Positions 56,605 through 64,000 of a DNA stretch of 64,000 nucleotides are shown piece by piece. The translations under genes were made by a program, and so were the position numbers. The first letter of the stretch is position 1, and each line of letters opens with the position of its first letter. The DNA is from Candidatus Uhrbacteria bacterium RIFCSPLOWO2_01_FULL_47_17 (GTDB taxonomy: Bacteria; Patescibacteriota; Patescibacteriia; UBA9934; GWF2-40-263). Location: NCBI GenBank assembly GCA_001791305.1, contig MGEI01000005.1, forward strand, positions 340,208 to 404,207, in the 5' to 3' direction. A model generated the notes under the pieces. That model saw only the letters and a list, made by a program, of their open reading frames with translations. It ran no database searches and had not been told where the DNA came from.

Positions 56605-57255
56605 ATGCAAATTATCTGGAACGGACTTTCGTGTTTTGAGATCATTACGAATACTTCAGAAGGGGAGGTCACACTTGTTGTGGATCCTTATGATAATGCA
56701 ACTGGACTGCGTTTTCCTCGTACGCTTGAGGCGAACGTTGTTTTGGTTTCGCATGATGAAGAGGACGCAAATAATCTCGCGGCCATTGCAGGAACACCAC
56801 AAGTCATTGATATGCCTGGCGAGTTTGAGGTGCGACAAGTGTTCATGTATGGCGTGGATGCTCCGCTTAAGCGCGAAGTAAAAGGGGTGCATGTGGCAAA
56901 CAATTTGTTTCGCATTGAGTGCGAGGGAATGCATATTGCGCATTTGGGATCCCTCGACCGCGCGCTTTCTGATAAAGAACTCCAAGAACTTGAGAACATC
57001 GACATCTTAATGGTACCTGTTGGAGGTGGACGCGTGCTTACACCAAAACTTGCCGCAGAAGTCATTGCACAAATTGAACCACGCGTTGTTATTCCAATGA
57101 CATATGAGCTTCCGAACCTGAAAGAATCTCTGCAGCCATTAAGTGCGTTTATGAAAGAAATGGCCGGTGCAAAGAAAGAAGAAATGAACAAGTATAAAGT
57201 GGCACGCAAAGATTTGCCGGAAGAAGATTTGTTGATCGTTACCCTCTCGAAGTAA
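56605..57255 (+). CDS. MBL-fold metallo-hydrolase family protein with a degenerate metal-binding motif
   Basis: MQIIWNGLSCFEI...TLVVDPY...VVLVSHDEEDANN parallels the MBL HxHxDH region but reads SHDEED. Confidence 0.55.
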   Translation: MQIIWNGLSCFEIITNTSEGEVTLVVDPYDNATGLRFPRTLEANVVLVSHDEEDANNLAAIAGTPQVIDMPGEFEVRQVFMYGVDAPLKREVKGVHVANNLFRIECEGMHIAHLGSLDRALSDKELQELENIDILMVPVGGGRVLTPKLAAEVIAQIEPRVVIPMTYELPNLKESLQPLSAFMKEMAGAKKEEMNKYKVARKDLPEEDLLIVTLSK

Positions 57256-57265
57256 ACCTTCGACT

Positions 57266-57619
57266 ATGCCACGTACCAAACCTCGTTCTCTTCGACCCAT
57301 GACGAAAGAGCAGAAGCTTTGGCTCGTGCTCACCATCCTTTTGTTTGTGGTGTTTATGGCGGTCGGTTGGTATTTCACGGTTGCGCAAGCACTAAAGCGA
57401 TCCATTCAGGATTCCAAGCAGACAATCTCTCTTGAACTTGGCGAGACGAAACAACAAGTGATTGGAGATGAAGATGTTGGAAAGAAAACACAAGAAACAA
57501 TTGATAAAATGAAGGACTTTTTTGGAAACATCAAACAGTATTTAGAAAATAAACAACAAGCCGAACAAGCGATTTTAGAAAATGTGAAAGAGGAATTGAA
57601 ACAATCTTCCACGCAATGA
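57266..57619 (+). CDS. Small membrane-anchored coiled-coil protein (117 aa)
   Basis: N-terminal transmembrane helix [20 protein letters not shown]. Confidence 0.45.
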   Translation: MPRTKPRSLRPMTKEQKLWLVLTILLFVVFMAVGWYFTVAQALKRSIQDSKQTISLELGETKQQVIGDEDVGKKTQETIDKMKDFFGNIKQYLENKQQAEQAILENVKEELKQSSTQ

Positions 57620-57620
57620 T

Positions 57621-60125
57621 ATGGCACAAAAAAAACAACATTCTGAACCGGAAGAACCCGTTCAAGATATCACGACAAATGGGATTGGACGCATTGAGCG
57701 CCGAAACATTGCCGATGAAATGCAAACCGCATATCTCGACTACGCCATGTCCGTCATTGTTGGTCGTGCGCTTCCGGATATTCGCGATGGACTGAAACCA
57801 GTTCACCGCCGCATTTTGTATTCCATGTGGCAGACGGGACTCCGATCAAGTGCAAAGTTCAAAAAGTGTGCGTCTGTGGTTGGAGATGTACTCGGAAAGT
57901 ATCACCCACACGGAGATTCCGCTGTGTATGACTCGCTCGTGCGTATGGCGCAAGATTTTTCGATGCGCTATCCACTGATCCGCGGACAAGGGAACTTTGG
58001 ATCTCTCGATGGCGACCCGGCTGCGGCGTATCGATATACAGAAGCAAAGCTTGAAACCATTTCGGAAGAATTGCTTGTTGATATCGAGAAGGAGACGGTC
58101 GACTTCATTCCAAACTTTGATGGCACACACAAAGAACCAAAAGTGTTGCCTGCAAAACTTCCAAACTTGCTCATCAACGGAACAGTTGGAATCGCGGTTG
58201 GAATGGCGTCGAATATCCCTCCGCACAACCTCGGAGAAGTTTGTGATGCGGTACTCGCATTGATTCGCGACAAGGATACATCGATCGAGGATCTGTCAGA
58301 GATCGTTAAGGGTCCAGATTTTCCAACGGGTGGAATTGCGTACAGTAATGCGGACATCAAAACCGCCCTCGCAACCGGTCGTGGGGGGGTGGTCGTTCGA
58401 GGCAAAACGGATATTGTGGAAGATAAGAAAGGCAATTTCGCCATTATCATCACAGAAATTCCGTACCAAGTGAACAAAGCAAACTTGCTTATTCGCATTG
58501 CACAGAATGTTCGCGATAAGAAGATCGAAGGGATTAAAGATTTGCGCGACGAATCAACATCCGCCGGTGTTCGTGTTGTTGTTGAGTTAAAAAAAGATGC
58601 GTATCCAAAGAAAGTGTTGAATCGTTTGTATCAAACAACACAACTTCAGGAATCCACACACTACAACATGCTCGCACTTGTGGAGGGTGGAATTTTGCCG
58701 CGCGTACTCAACCTCAAGATGATTCTTGAGGAGTATCTCAAACATCGCCAAGAAGTGGTGAAGCGCCGCACACAGTTTGAACTTACGCGCGCGCTTGATC
58801 GTGCACATATCCTCGAAGGATTGCGCATTGCGCTCGCGCAGATCGACAAGATTATTGCGTGTATCAAGAAATCAAAAGACAAAGAAGAAGCGCGATTGAA
58901 CTTGATCAAACAATTTAAACTTTCCGAGAGACAAGCGGTCGCGATTCTCGACATGCGTTTGCAACAGCTTGCGAACCTAGAGACGTTGCGCATCGAACAA
59001 GAATATGCGGAAAAGATGGCGCTCATCAAAGAGCTTGAGTCTATTCTTGCAAGCGCAAAAAAGATGATGATGGTGATTGCGGAAGAAGTGGAAGGATTGA
59101 AACTCAAGTACGCGTCCCCTCGAAGAACTCAAATCATCAAGTCGGGAATTAAAGAATTCTCGATCGAAGACGTCGTTCCAGACACGGAAACGGTCGTAAT
59201 GATCACAAAAGCCGGATACATCAAGCGCATCGACCCAGACACATTCCGCACACAAAAGCGTGGAGGGAAGGGGGTCGTCGGCATGGCGTCCAAAGATGAG
59301 GATGAGGTCGAGCAAGTATTCTCGACAACCACACACAAAGATCTTCTGTTCTTCACGAGTAGAGGTCGTGTGTTCCAACTTAAAGCTTACGATGTTCCAG
59401 AGGCGTCGCGCATTGCGAAAGGCCAAGCGCTCGTAAACTTCCTCCAACTCGCGCCAGGTGAATCGGTATCCGCGTCGTTGTCGATGGACGAGCTCGCGGA
59501 CTCGAAATATCTTCTCATGGTGACAAACAAGGGAACGATCAAGAAAACAGATTTGTCCGAGTATGATTCCGTTCGCAAGTCGGGGTTGATCTCGATCAAA
59601 CTCCGAGACGGCGACAACCTCCAATGGGTTCGTCCAACGTCCGGAAAAGATCAGATCATGCTCGTGACATCCGGTGGACAAGCGGTTCGCTTCGAAGAAA
59701 AAGGCGTGCGCCCAATGGGTCGTGTCGCCTCTGGTGTTCGAGGAATCAAGCTCAAGGGTGATGATTCTGTGGTTGGAATGGGAATCATTCCAGGCTCCTC
59801 ATCGAAGAAACCGGGAGAGAAAGAGATTTTGGTTGTGATGGAAAACGGATACGGAAAACGCTCGGACCTTATCGAGTATAAGGTCCAAGGACGTGGCGGA
59901 TCCGGAATTAAAACCGCAAATATCAGCAAAAAGACAGGAAAAATCGTCGCGGCGCATATCGTCGATACGAAAGACGAGCGTGATATGTTCATTATTTCCG
60001 GCGCGGGTCAGGTGATCCGATCTGAACTGAAGTCCGTCTCTGTCCTCGGTCGCGCAACCCAAGGAGTTCGCATTATGCGATTCAAGAAGCCAGATGACAC
60101 GGTCGCGAGTGCTGCCCTCATTTAG
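57621..60125 (+). CDS. gyrA: DNA gyrase subunit A
   Basis: [26 protein letters not shown], active-site Tyr region [10 protein letters not shown], and C-terminal beta-pinwheel repeats; 834 aa. Confidence 0.95.
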   Translation: MAQKKQHSEPEEPVQDITTNGIGRIERRNIADEMQTAYLDYAMSVIVGRALPDIRDGLKPVHRRILYSMWQTGLRSSAKFKKCASVVGDVLGKYHPHGDSAVYDSLVRMAQDFSMRYPLIRGQGNFGSLDGDPAAAYRYTEAKLETISEELLVDIEKETVDFIPNFDGTHKEPKVLPAKLPNLLINGTVGIAVGMASNIPPHNLGEVCDAVLALIRDKDTSIEDLSEIVKGPDFPTGGIAYSNADIKTALATGRGGVVVRGKTDIVEDKKGNFAIIITEIPYQVNKANLLIRIAQNVRDKKIEGIKDLRDESTSAGVRVVVELKKDAYPKKVLNRLYQTTQLQESTHYNMLALVEGGILPRVLNLKMILEEYLKHRQEVVKRRTQFELTRALDRAHILEGLRIALAQIDKIIACIKKSKDKEEARLNLIKQFKLSERQAVAILDMRLQQLANLETLRIEQEYAEKMALIKELESILASAKKMMMVIAEEVEGLKLKYASPRRTQIIKSGIKEFSIEDVVPDTETVVMITKAGYIKRIDPDTFRTQKRGGKGVVGMASKDEDEVEQVFSTTTHKDLLFFTSRGRVFQLKAYDVPEASRIAKGQALVNFLQLAPGESVSASLSMDELADSKYLLMVTNKGTIKKTDLSEYDSVRKSGLISIKLRDGDNLQWVRPTSGKDQIMLVTSGGQAVRFEEKGVRPMGRVASGVRGIKLKGDDSVVGMGIIPGSSSKKPGEKEILVVMENGYGKRSDLIEYKVQGRGGSGIKTANISKKTGKIVAAHIVDTKDERDMFIISGAGQVIRSELKSVSVLGRATQGVRIMRFKKPDDTVASAALI

Positions 60126-60163
60126 CCAAAAAGACTGTGGTTTTTGCCACAGTCTTTTGATTT
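60123..60163 (+). repeat. 41-bp direct repeat, left copy (includes the gyrA stop and a perfect terminator hairpin)
   Basis: tagccaaaaagactgtggtttttgccacagtcttttgattt, identical to 63349-63389. Confidence 0.8.
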
Positions 60164-60177
60164 TTCTAACAAATCAT

Positions 60178-60206
60178 TGACATTTTTGGGATTTTATGTT
60201 ATTATC
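60178..60206 (+). promoter_or_regulatory. Sigma70-like promoter for the DGR target gene (TTGACA, 17 nt, TATTAT)
   Basis: ttgacatttttgggattttatgttattat. Confidence 0.4.
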
Positions 60207-60333
60207 TTCCGTCATTTGAATTTCGCACAAGGTGATTTTCGGTGACATGCAGTGTCTACTTTTTGTTCGCTCCGAGCCTCGCGACGGAATTTCCGTCACA
60301 ACCGCTTGATCGGAACAAAATGCGGAGGAAGAT

Positions 60334-60993
60334 ATGGCAAAGCAGTCTTGGAGAATCAAGCTCGAGCAATGGCTCGCGGCAAATGGTGATGAAGGCATGT
60401 CCGGAGTAGTGGATCATCTTGCGATTTTGACTCGCGCGACGAGTCTTGTTCGTAAGCCCGGATTCAAAAAAGCTCTGGAGAAATTTTTGGACGAATGGGC
60501 CGGTCTTCCCGAACAAAAGGCCGATCCGATCCTCCGTCGCCTCTTTGAAGACGAAACGATCACCATCGCTCCGTGCGACGGTTCCCGGTACGTCGCCAAA
60601 GAAAAAGGCGTGTTCAAAGCGTACATCGAAGGTCTCTTCGCAAGTTGGGGTCTCGACAAGCCTGGACAGTCCACGGTTGCCGCGAATGTCTCCGTCTACG
60701 AGATGATCCGGGACGCGACCTTCGCTCAGATGTTCGGCTCTCTCGGGCCAGATCTCGACAAACTGTGTCTCTCACAGCATCAGATCGTCGAGTTCTGCGA
60801 AACGCATTCGGCACGTCTTCGGCAAGAAGGCTACGCCACATTCTTTCTTTTTAAGGAAGGCGATCAGTTCTACGTTGCGGGCGTGCGTGTCCACGCGGGC
60901 GGCCTGAGCGTGTACGTCCGCCGTCTCGAGCGCGACGATGTCTGGTATGGCGAGTTTCGTCATCGTCTCGTAGTCCCGCAACTGACCGTTTGA
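60334..60993 (+). CDS. DGR variable (target) protein with the C-terminal VR; no signal peptide
   Basis: The C-terminal 38 codons are matched by the TR with adenine-specific differences. Residues at the variable positions are G, R, H, G, S, Y, R, R, D, Y, F. Confidence 0.8.
   Translation: MAKQSWRIKLEQWLAANGDEGMSGVVDHLAILTRATSLVRKPGFKKALEKFLDEWAGLPEQKADPILRRLFEDETITIAPCDGSRYVAKEKGVFKAYIEGLFASWGLDKPGQSTVAANVSVYEMIRDATFAQMFGSLGPDLDKLCLSQHQIVEFCETHSARLRQEGYATFFLFKEGDQFYVAGVRVHAGGLSVYVRRLERDDVWYGEFRHRLVVPQLTV
60865..60978 (+). repeat. DGR variable repeat (VR), 114 nt
   Basis: Aligned with the TR at 61294-61407 there are 16 mismatches, and every one falls at a TR adenine. Confidence 0.85.
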
Positions 60994-61057
60994 AACTTAT
61001 TCGGATGACACTTTGTTTCTTTGTCCCTTTGACTCTTTTGAGTCCGGGGGATTTTTT

Positions 61058-61066
61058 TGTATAATG
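61058..61066 (+). promoter_or_regulatory. Extended -10 promoter element (TGTATAAT) positioned to transcribe the TR-containing RNA
   Basis: tgtataatg lies 25 nt downstream of the target-gene terminator hairpin gactcttttgagtc and about 230 nt upstream of the TR. Confidence 0.35.
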
Positions 61067-61293
61067 CATTTGCAATCGTGCGATATCTTGTGGCCAAGGC
61101 TACAAGGTCACGATTGTTTGGAATCGTTGTTGAGAATTTTGTTGGCTACGGCTTGCAAAAGAGTGATAATGATTCTGACAAACAAAAACTTTTCAGTTGG
61201 TGCGGTGCGCTTGTGGACTTCTTCGTCCCAAATAAAATTCAGCCGAATTTCTCGTGCACGATAAATCGGCAGTGATCTGGATGGCCCATCGTA

Positions 61294-61407
61294 CAATTCT
61301 ACGTTGCGAACGTGAATGTCAACGCGGACGGCCTGAACGTGAACGTCAACCGTCTCGAGAACGACAATGTCTGGAATGGCGAGTATCGTCATCGTCTCGT
61401 AGTCCCG
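61294..61407 (+). repeat. DGR template repeat (TR), 114 nt, in the same orientation as the VR
   Basis: The adenine-rich template consists of AAC/AAT codons at the variable positions. Confidence 0.85.
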
Positions 61408-61419
61408 AAAATGAAATGT

Positions 61420-61446
61420 TCTCCTCCCTATTGTTTGGGAGGAGTT
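61420..61446. terminator. Bidirectional terminator hairpin between the TR and the convergent avd gene
   Basis: ctcctccctattgtttgggaggag, followed by ttttcttttc on the + strand. The avd stop codon lies in its loop. Confidence 0.45.
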
Positions 61447-61769
61447 TTCTTTTCAATATCTTTTTTCCATCCGCCAAGCATTCTTCCAATTTCATCTAAA
61501 TCAACGGAAAGCGCAGTATATTTATCATTCGGCAGGCATTTGTTTTCCCACGCAATTTGTAAAAAGAATTTCACTCCGTCCAGTTTTGAAATACAGATGG
61601 TGAGTCGATTCATTTTTTGCTCACCGGAAAGATATTGCGAAACAAAAATTTGCTCAAGCATTTCGAGAAAGTATCCCTCAATCTTTCCACCAAGATTATG
61701 ACGCGATGTTTTTGGAAAATCTGTAAGCAATTTAAACCAATTTGTATAGGCACTCCTCGTTTTTGTCAT
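61428..61769 (-). CDS. avd: Avd-like accessory variability determinant (four-helix-bundle / 23S rRNA-IVS protein family), encoded on the strand opposite to the TR and RT
   Basis: FPKTSRHNLGGKIEGYFLEMLEQ and LDEIGRMLGGW match the Avd/IVS four-helix-bundle family consensus; 113 aa. Confidence 0.7.
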   Translation of the reverse strand: MTKTRSAYTNWFKLLTDFPKTSRHNLGGKIEGYFLEMLEQIFVSQYLSGEQKMNRLTICISKLDGVKFFLQIAWENKCLPNDKYTALSVDLDEIGRMLGGWKKDIEKKTPPKQ

Positions 61770-61824
61770 GACCGAAGGAGTTCGGGGGGGGGGTGAGAAT
61801 ATTAGACATATTCATTGAGCGTTT

Positions 61825-62829
61825 ATGAAAAAATTTAACCGCCGTTACGATGATATTATAACACTCGATAATTTACTTCGTGCATGGGAACAGTTTTTAT
61901 CGGGGAAGAAAAATCGTACGGATGTTGTGGAATTTCAAAATCATCTCATGGATAATATTTGTGATCTACAGCGATCACTCGAAGATAAAACGTATGTGCA
62001 TGGTGCATATCACGCATTTAATATTTCCGATCCAAAACCAAGGAGTATTCATAAGGCAACCGTCCGCGATCGGTTGCTTCACCATCTGATACATTCAGAG
62101 TTGTATGAATACTTCGATCAGAAATTTATTTACGATTCTTATTCGTGCCGAATGGAGAAGGGGACGCATAAGGCTATGAATCGATTCAGAGACTTTGGCA
62201 GAATTGTTTCAAAAAATAATACACGCACCTGTTGGGTATTGAAATGCGATATTCGAAAGTTCTTTGCAAATATCGATCACACAATCTTGAAAGATATTTT
62301 GGCAAAGCATATTGAGGATCGTGATGTGTTGAATCTTCTCGGTAACATCATCGATAGTTTTTCGACGCTCGGAAGAAAAGAGGTTGGTCTCCCGCTTGGA
62401 AATCTCACTTCGCAACTTCTCGTAAACATCTACATGAACGAGTTTGATCAGTTTATGAAGCGAACGGTCAAAGCGGAATATTACATTCGGTATGCAGATG
62501 ATTTTGTGATTTTGCATGAGGATGAGGAATATCTAAAACAGCTCATTCCAAAGATTTCAAATTTCCTCCAGGATCAGCTGGGACTTTGTTTGCACCCGGA
62601 TAAGTTGTTTCTGAAGACGCTTGTGTCCGGCGTTGATTTTCTAGGATGGGTACACTTTCCGCATCATCGGACGTTACGTACGGCCACAAAACGACGGATG
62701 TTCATACGGATTCAGGATCACTCGACACAAGAAACAATTCAATCGTATTTGGGGCTTATGAGACATGGGAATACCCATCAGCTTCAAAAGAATCCTTTAT
62801 TTCTTGACGTAAAGATCAAAGATCGATAA
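61825..62829 (+). CDS. DGR reverse transcriptase
   Basis: RT motifs include the DGR-diagnostic motif 4 (LPLGNLTSQLLVNIYM) and the YADDF catalytic box. Confidence 0.9.
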   Translation: MKKFNRRYDDIITLDNLLRAWEQFLSGKKNRTDVVEFQNHLMDNICDLQRSLEDKTYVHGAYHAFNISDPKPRSIHKATVRDRLLHHLIHSELYEYFDQKFIYDSYSCRMEKGTHKAMNRFRDFGRIVSKNNTRTCWVLKCDIRKFFANIDHTILKDILAKHIEDRDVLNLLGNIIDSFSTLGRKEVGLPLGNLTSQLLVNIYMNEFDQFMKRTVKAEYYIRYADDFVILHEDEEYLKQLIPKISNFLQDQLGLCLHPDKLFLKTLVSGVDFLGWVHFPHHRTLRTATKRRMFIRIQDHSTQETIQSYLGLMRHGNTHQLQKNPLFLDVKIKDR

Positions 62830-62862
62830 AGTAGAAAAGTAAGAATGTAAGAAATAACTCCT

Positions 62863-63105
62863 ATGATCAATATTGTAAAAACGACGAGCAAAGGACAAGT
62901 CACATTGCCCATGCACTGGCGTAAAAAATTTCACACAAATCGCTATACAATGAAAGAGGTTAATGACACGCTTGTTATTTCTCCACTTGAGGTTGAGTCG
63001 CTCGAAGAAGAGAATTGGACAACAATTTTTGATGCGAAACGTGACAATGAAGGGAAGGGAATCCCGATCGATCAGCTTATTGATACATTGAAGCGCACAC
63101 TCTAG
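62863..63105 (+). CDS. AbrB/MazE/SpoVT-type antitoxin
   Basis: Swapped-hairpin motif TTSKGQVTLPMHWRKKF; 80 aa. Confidence 0.55.
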   Translation: MINIVKTTSKGQVTLPMHWRKKFHTNRYTMKEVNDTLVISPLEVESLEEENWTTIFDAKRDNEGKGIPIDQLIDTLKRTL

Positions 63106-63111
63106 CTTTCT

Positions 63112-63351
63112 ATGGATAAAATCGAAAAGCTTTTACGTAAAGCAAAGAAAGCAGATCGTGAGCGGTTATTGGCAGTATTGGAGGCTGTTCGAGAGGGGAA
63201 ACTCGAGGGATTGCACGTAAAACGACTGACAAATTCCGCTTTTTATCGGGTTCGTGTTGGAGATTTCAGGATTATTTTCTCAATCGATCACGCAAATAAA
63301 CGTATTTTGATCGAATCTGTCTCATCTCGAGACGAGAATACATACAAATAG
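63112..63351 (+). CDS. RelE/ParE-family toxin
   Basis: AFYRVRVGDFRIIFSIDHANKRILIESVSSRDE is a typical RelE/ParE C-terminal core; 79 aa; 6 nt after the antitoxin. Confidence 0.6.
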   Translation: MDKIEKLLRKAKKADRERLLAVLEAVREGKLEGLHVKRLTNSAFYRVRVGDFRIIFSIDHANKRILIESVSSRDENTYK

Positions 63352-63389
63352 CCAAAAAGACTGTGGTTTTTGCCACAGTCTTTTGATTT
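63349..63389 (+). repeat. 41-bp direct repeat, right copy (includes the toxin stop and terminator hairpin)
   Basis: tagccaaaaagactgtggtttttgccacagtcttttgattt. Confidence 0.8.
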
Positions 63390-63446
63390 CTTGACGCGAG
63401 GGCTGAAAAATGATAGTATTTGTGTATTAAATTCTGTTTATTTCCT

Positions 63447-63668
63447 ATGCCAGTACCAGCCCGTAAGAAATCCAATCCGTCCGGCAAACGCCGACGTTCC
63501 CATGACCATCTTACAAAGAAAGTCATTCCAGCCTGCCCACAGTGTGCCGCTCCTATAAAACCACATAACGCCTGCCTCACATGCGGTTTTTATGCTGGTC
63601 GTCAAGTTATTACGGTTGGAAAAGCCATTGCGAAAGCGGTAAAAAAAGTAGCAAAAAAGAAAGCTTAA
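63447..63668 (+). CDS. rpmF: 50S ribosomal protein L32
   Basis: MPVPARKKSNPSGKRRRSHDHL plus a CxxC...CxxC zinc ribbon. A TTGACG/TGATAGTAT promoter lies upstream. Confidence 0.85.
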   Translation: MPVPARKKSNPSGKRRRSHDHLTKKVIPACPQCAAPIKPHNACLTCGFYAGRQVITVGKAIAKAVKKVAKKKA

Positions 63669-63743
63669 TGCTTTCTTTTTTTTAAACGACCCCACCCAAC
63701 CTCCCCTTCATAAAGGGGAGGGGCTATAAATTCCGTTCTTTTT

Positions 63744-64000
63744 TATGTCGAACCGTCACCTTTCACGAACCATCGCTATGCAATCCCTGTATCAATGGGA
63801 TTTTCTTGGAATGGAGGATGAAAAAATTGAAGAGATCATTGCGTTTAATCGCCAAGAGTTTGCGCCGAAGTTTGATGATCAGAAATTCGTGGAGGATTTA
63901 GTCCATGGCGTCATGGAGAAACGTGATGTCATTGATGAATTCATCACACGCTTCGCCCCAGACTGGCCACTCGAGTCGCTCACACTCATCGATCGAAATA
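63744..64000 (+). CDS. nusB: Transcription antitermination factor NusB, 5' part (truncated by the window end)
   Basis: MSNRHLSRTIAMQSLYQWDF... matches the NusB N-terminal helix pattern. Confidence 0.65.

Larger units (their letters stand above)
60123..63389 (+). mobile_element. DGR plus toxin-antitoxin island bounded by 41-bp direct repeats, inserted between gyrA and rpmF
   Basis: Perfect direct repeats at both ends. Contents are the VR target, TR, avd, RT, and an AbrB-like/RelE-like pair. Confidence 0.6.

Noticed and set aside
61057-61275. 72-aa ORF in the TR leader
   Set aside because: It has no RBS and lies in the presumed DGR RNA 5' region. It is more likely non-coding.
61312-61701. 129-aa plus-strand ORF beginning inside the TR
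   Set aside because: Its N-terminus is merely the TR copy of the VR coding frame, and it overlaps the Avd-like gene on the opposite strand. The TR is non-coding template RNA.
1-64000. CRISPR arrays, rRNA genes, tmRNA, RNase P RNA
   Set aside because: I found no regularly spaced short direct repeats with unique spacers, no rRNA-like conserved blocks, and no tRNA-like 5'/3' ends around the non-coding gaps.

Overview
This 64-kb window looks like part of a small, streamlined, mostly low-GC bacterial chromosome. The gene content suggests a CPR/Patescibacteria-like organism, but that is inference from the sequence only.

Recognisable housekeeping genes include a KH-domain protein followed by trmD, rpsP (S16), a taurine/sulfonate-type ABC transporter with an AAA+ ATPase coupled to its 3' end, a short SMC, nrnA and clpP, a VanW-like protein, hsp20, ribE-ribH, tRNA-Glu(UUC), gpsA-tsaD-tsaE, pilB/gspE, ftsH, rpsA, gyrA, and rpmF plus a partial nusB at the 3' edge.

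Several accessory features are embedded in this backbone:
- A complete diversity-generating retroelement (DGR) at 60.1-63.4 kb. It has a target gene with a C-terminal variable repeat (VR), a template repeat (TR) showing strictly adenine-specific mismatches, an Avd-like gene on the opposite strand, and a reverse transcriptase with IGNLTSQ and YADD motifs. A RelE/ParE-type toxin-antitoxin pair follows, and the whole 3.2-kb unit is flanked by 41-bp perfect direct repeats between gyrA and rpmF.
- A tandem array at 15.6-21.7 kb: two paralogous Cys-rich MopE-motif lipoproteins followed by at least six small, mostly membrane, ORFs. Each gene is followed by a palindrome and a conserved leader (CTTTTCCAGAGA box, a hairpin that co-varies, GATCTGCGAA, Shine-Dalgarno). 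This looks like a novel cis-regulatory or cassette RNA motif.
- A high-GC six-gene island at 35.1-43.1 kb with duplicated strong promoters. It encodes an atypical kinase-fold protein, a TerY-like vWA protein, a divergent adenylosuccinate-synthetase (PurA/PurZ-like) paralogue with substituted active-site motifs, and three unknowns. This is a candidate for an undescribed conflict or nucleotide-modification system.
- An operon of three paralogous zinc-ribbon microproteins interleaved with a Nudix hydrolase, with overlapping stop/start codons.
- Two families of short palindromic repeat elements, each with one copy inserted in-frame in an essential gene (tsaD and smc), reminiscent of Rickettsia RPEs.
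- A high-GC envelope cluster: SBP-OmpA fusion proteins, a secreted vWA protein and a PspA-like protein.

No CRISPR array and no rRNA genes were seen. Coordinates derived from my own counting of sequence lines may be off by one or two nt in places.
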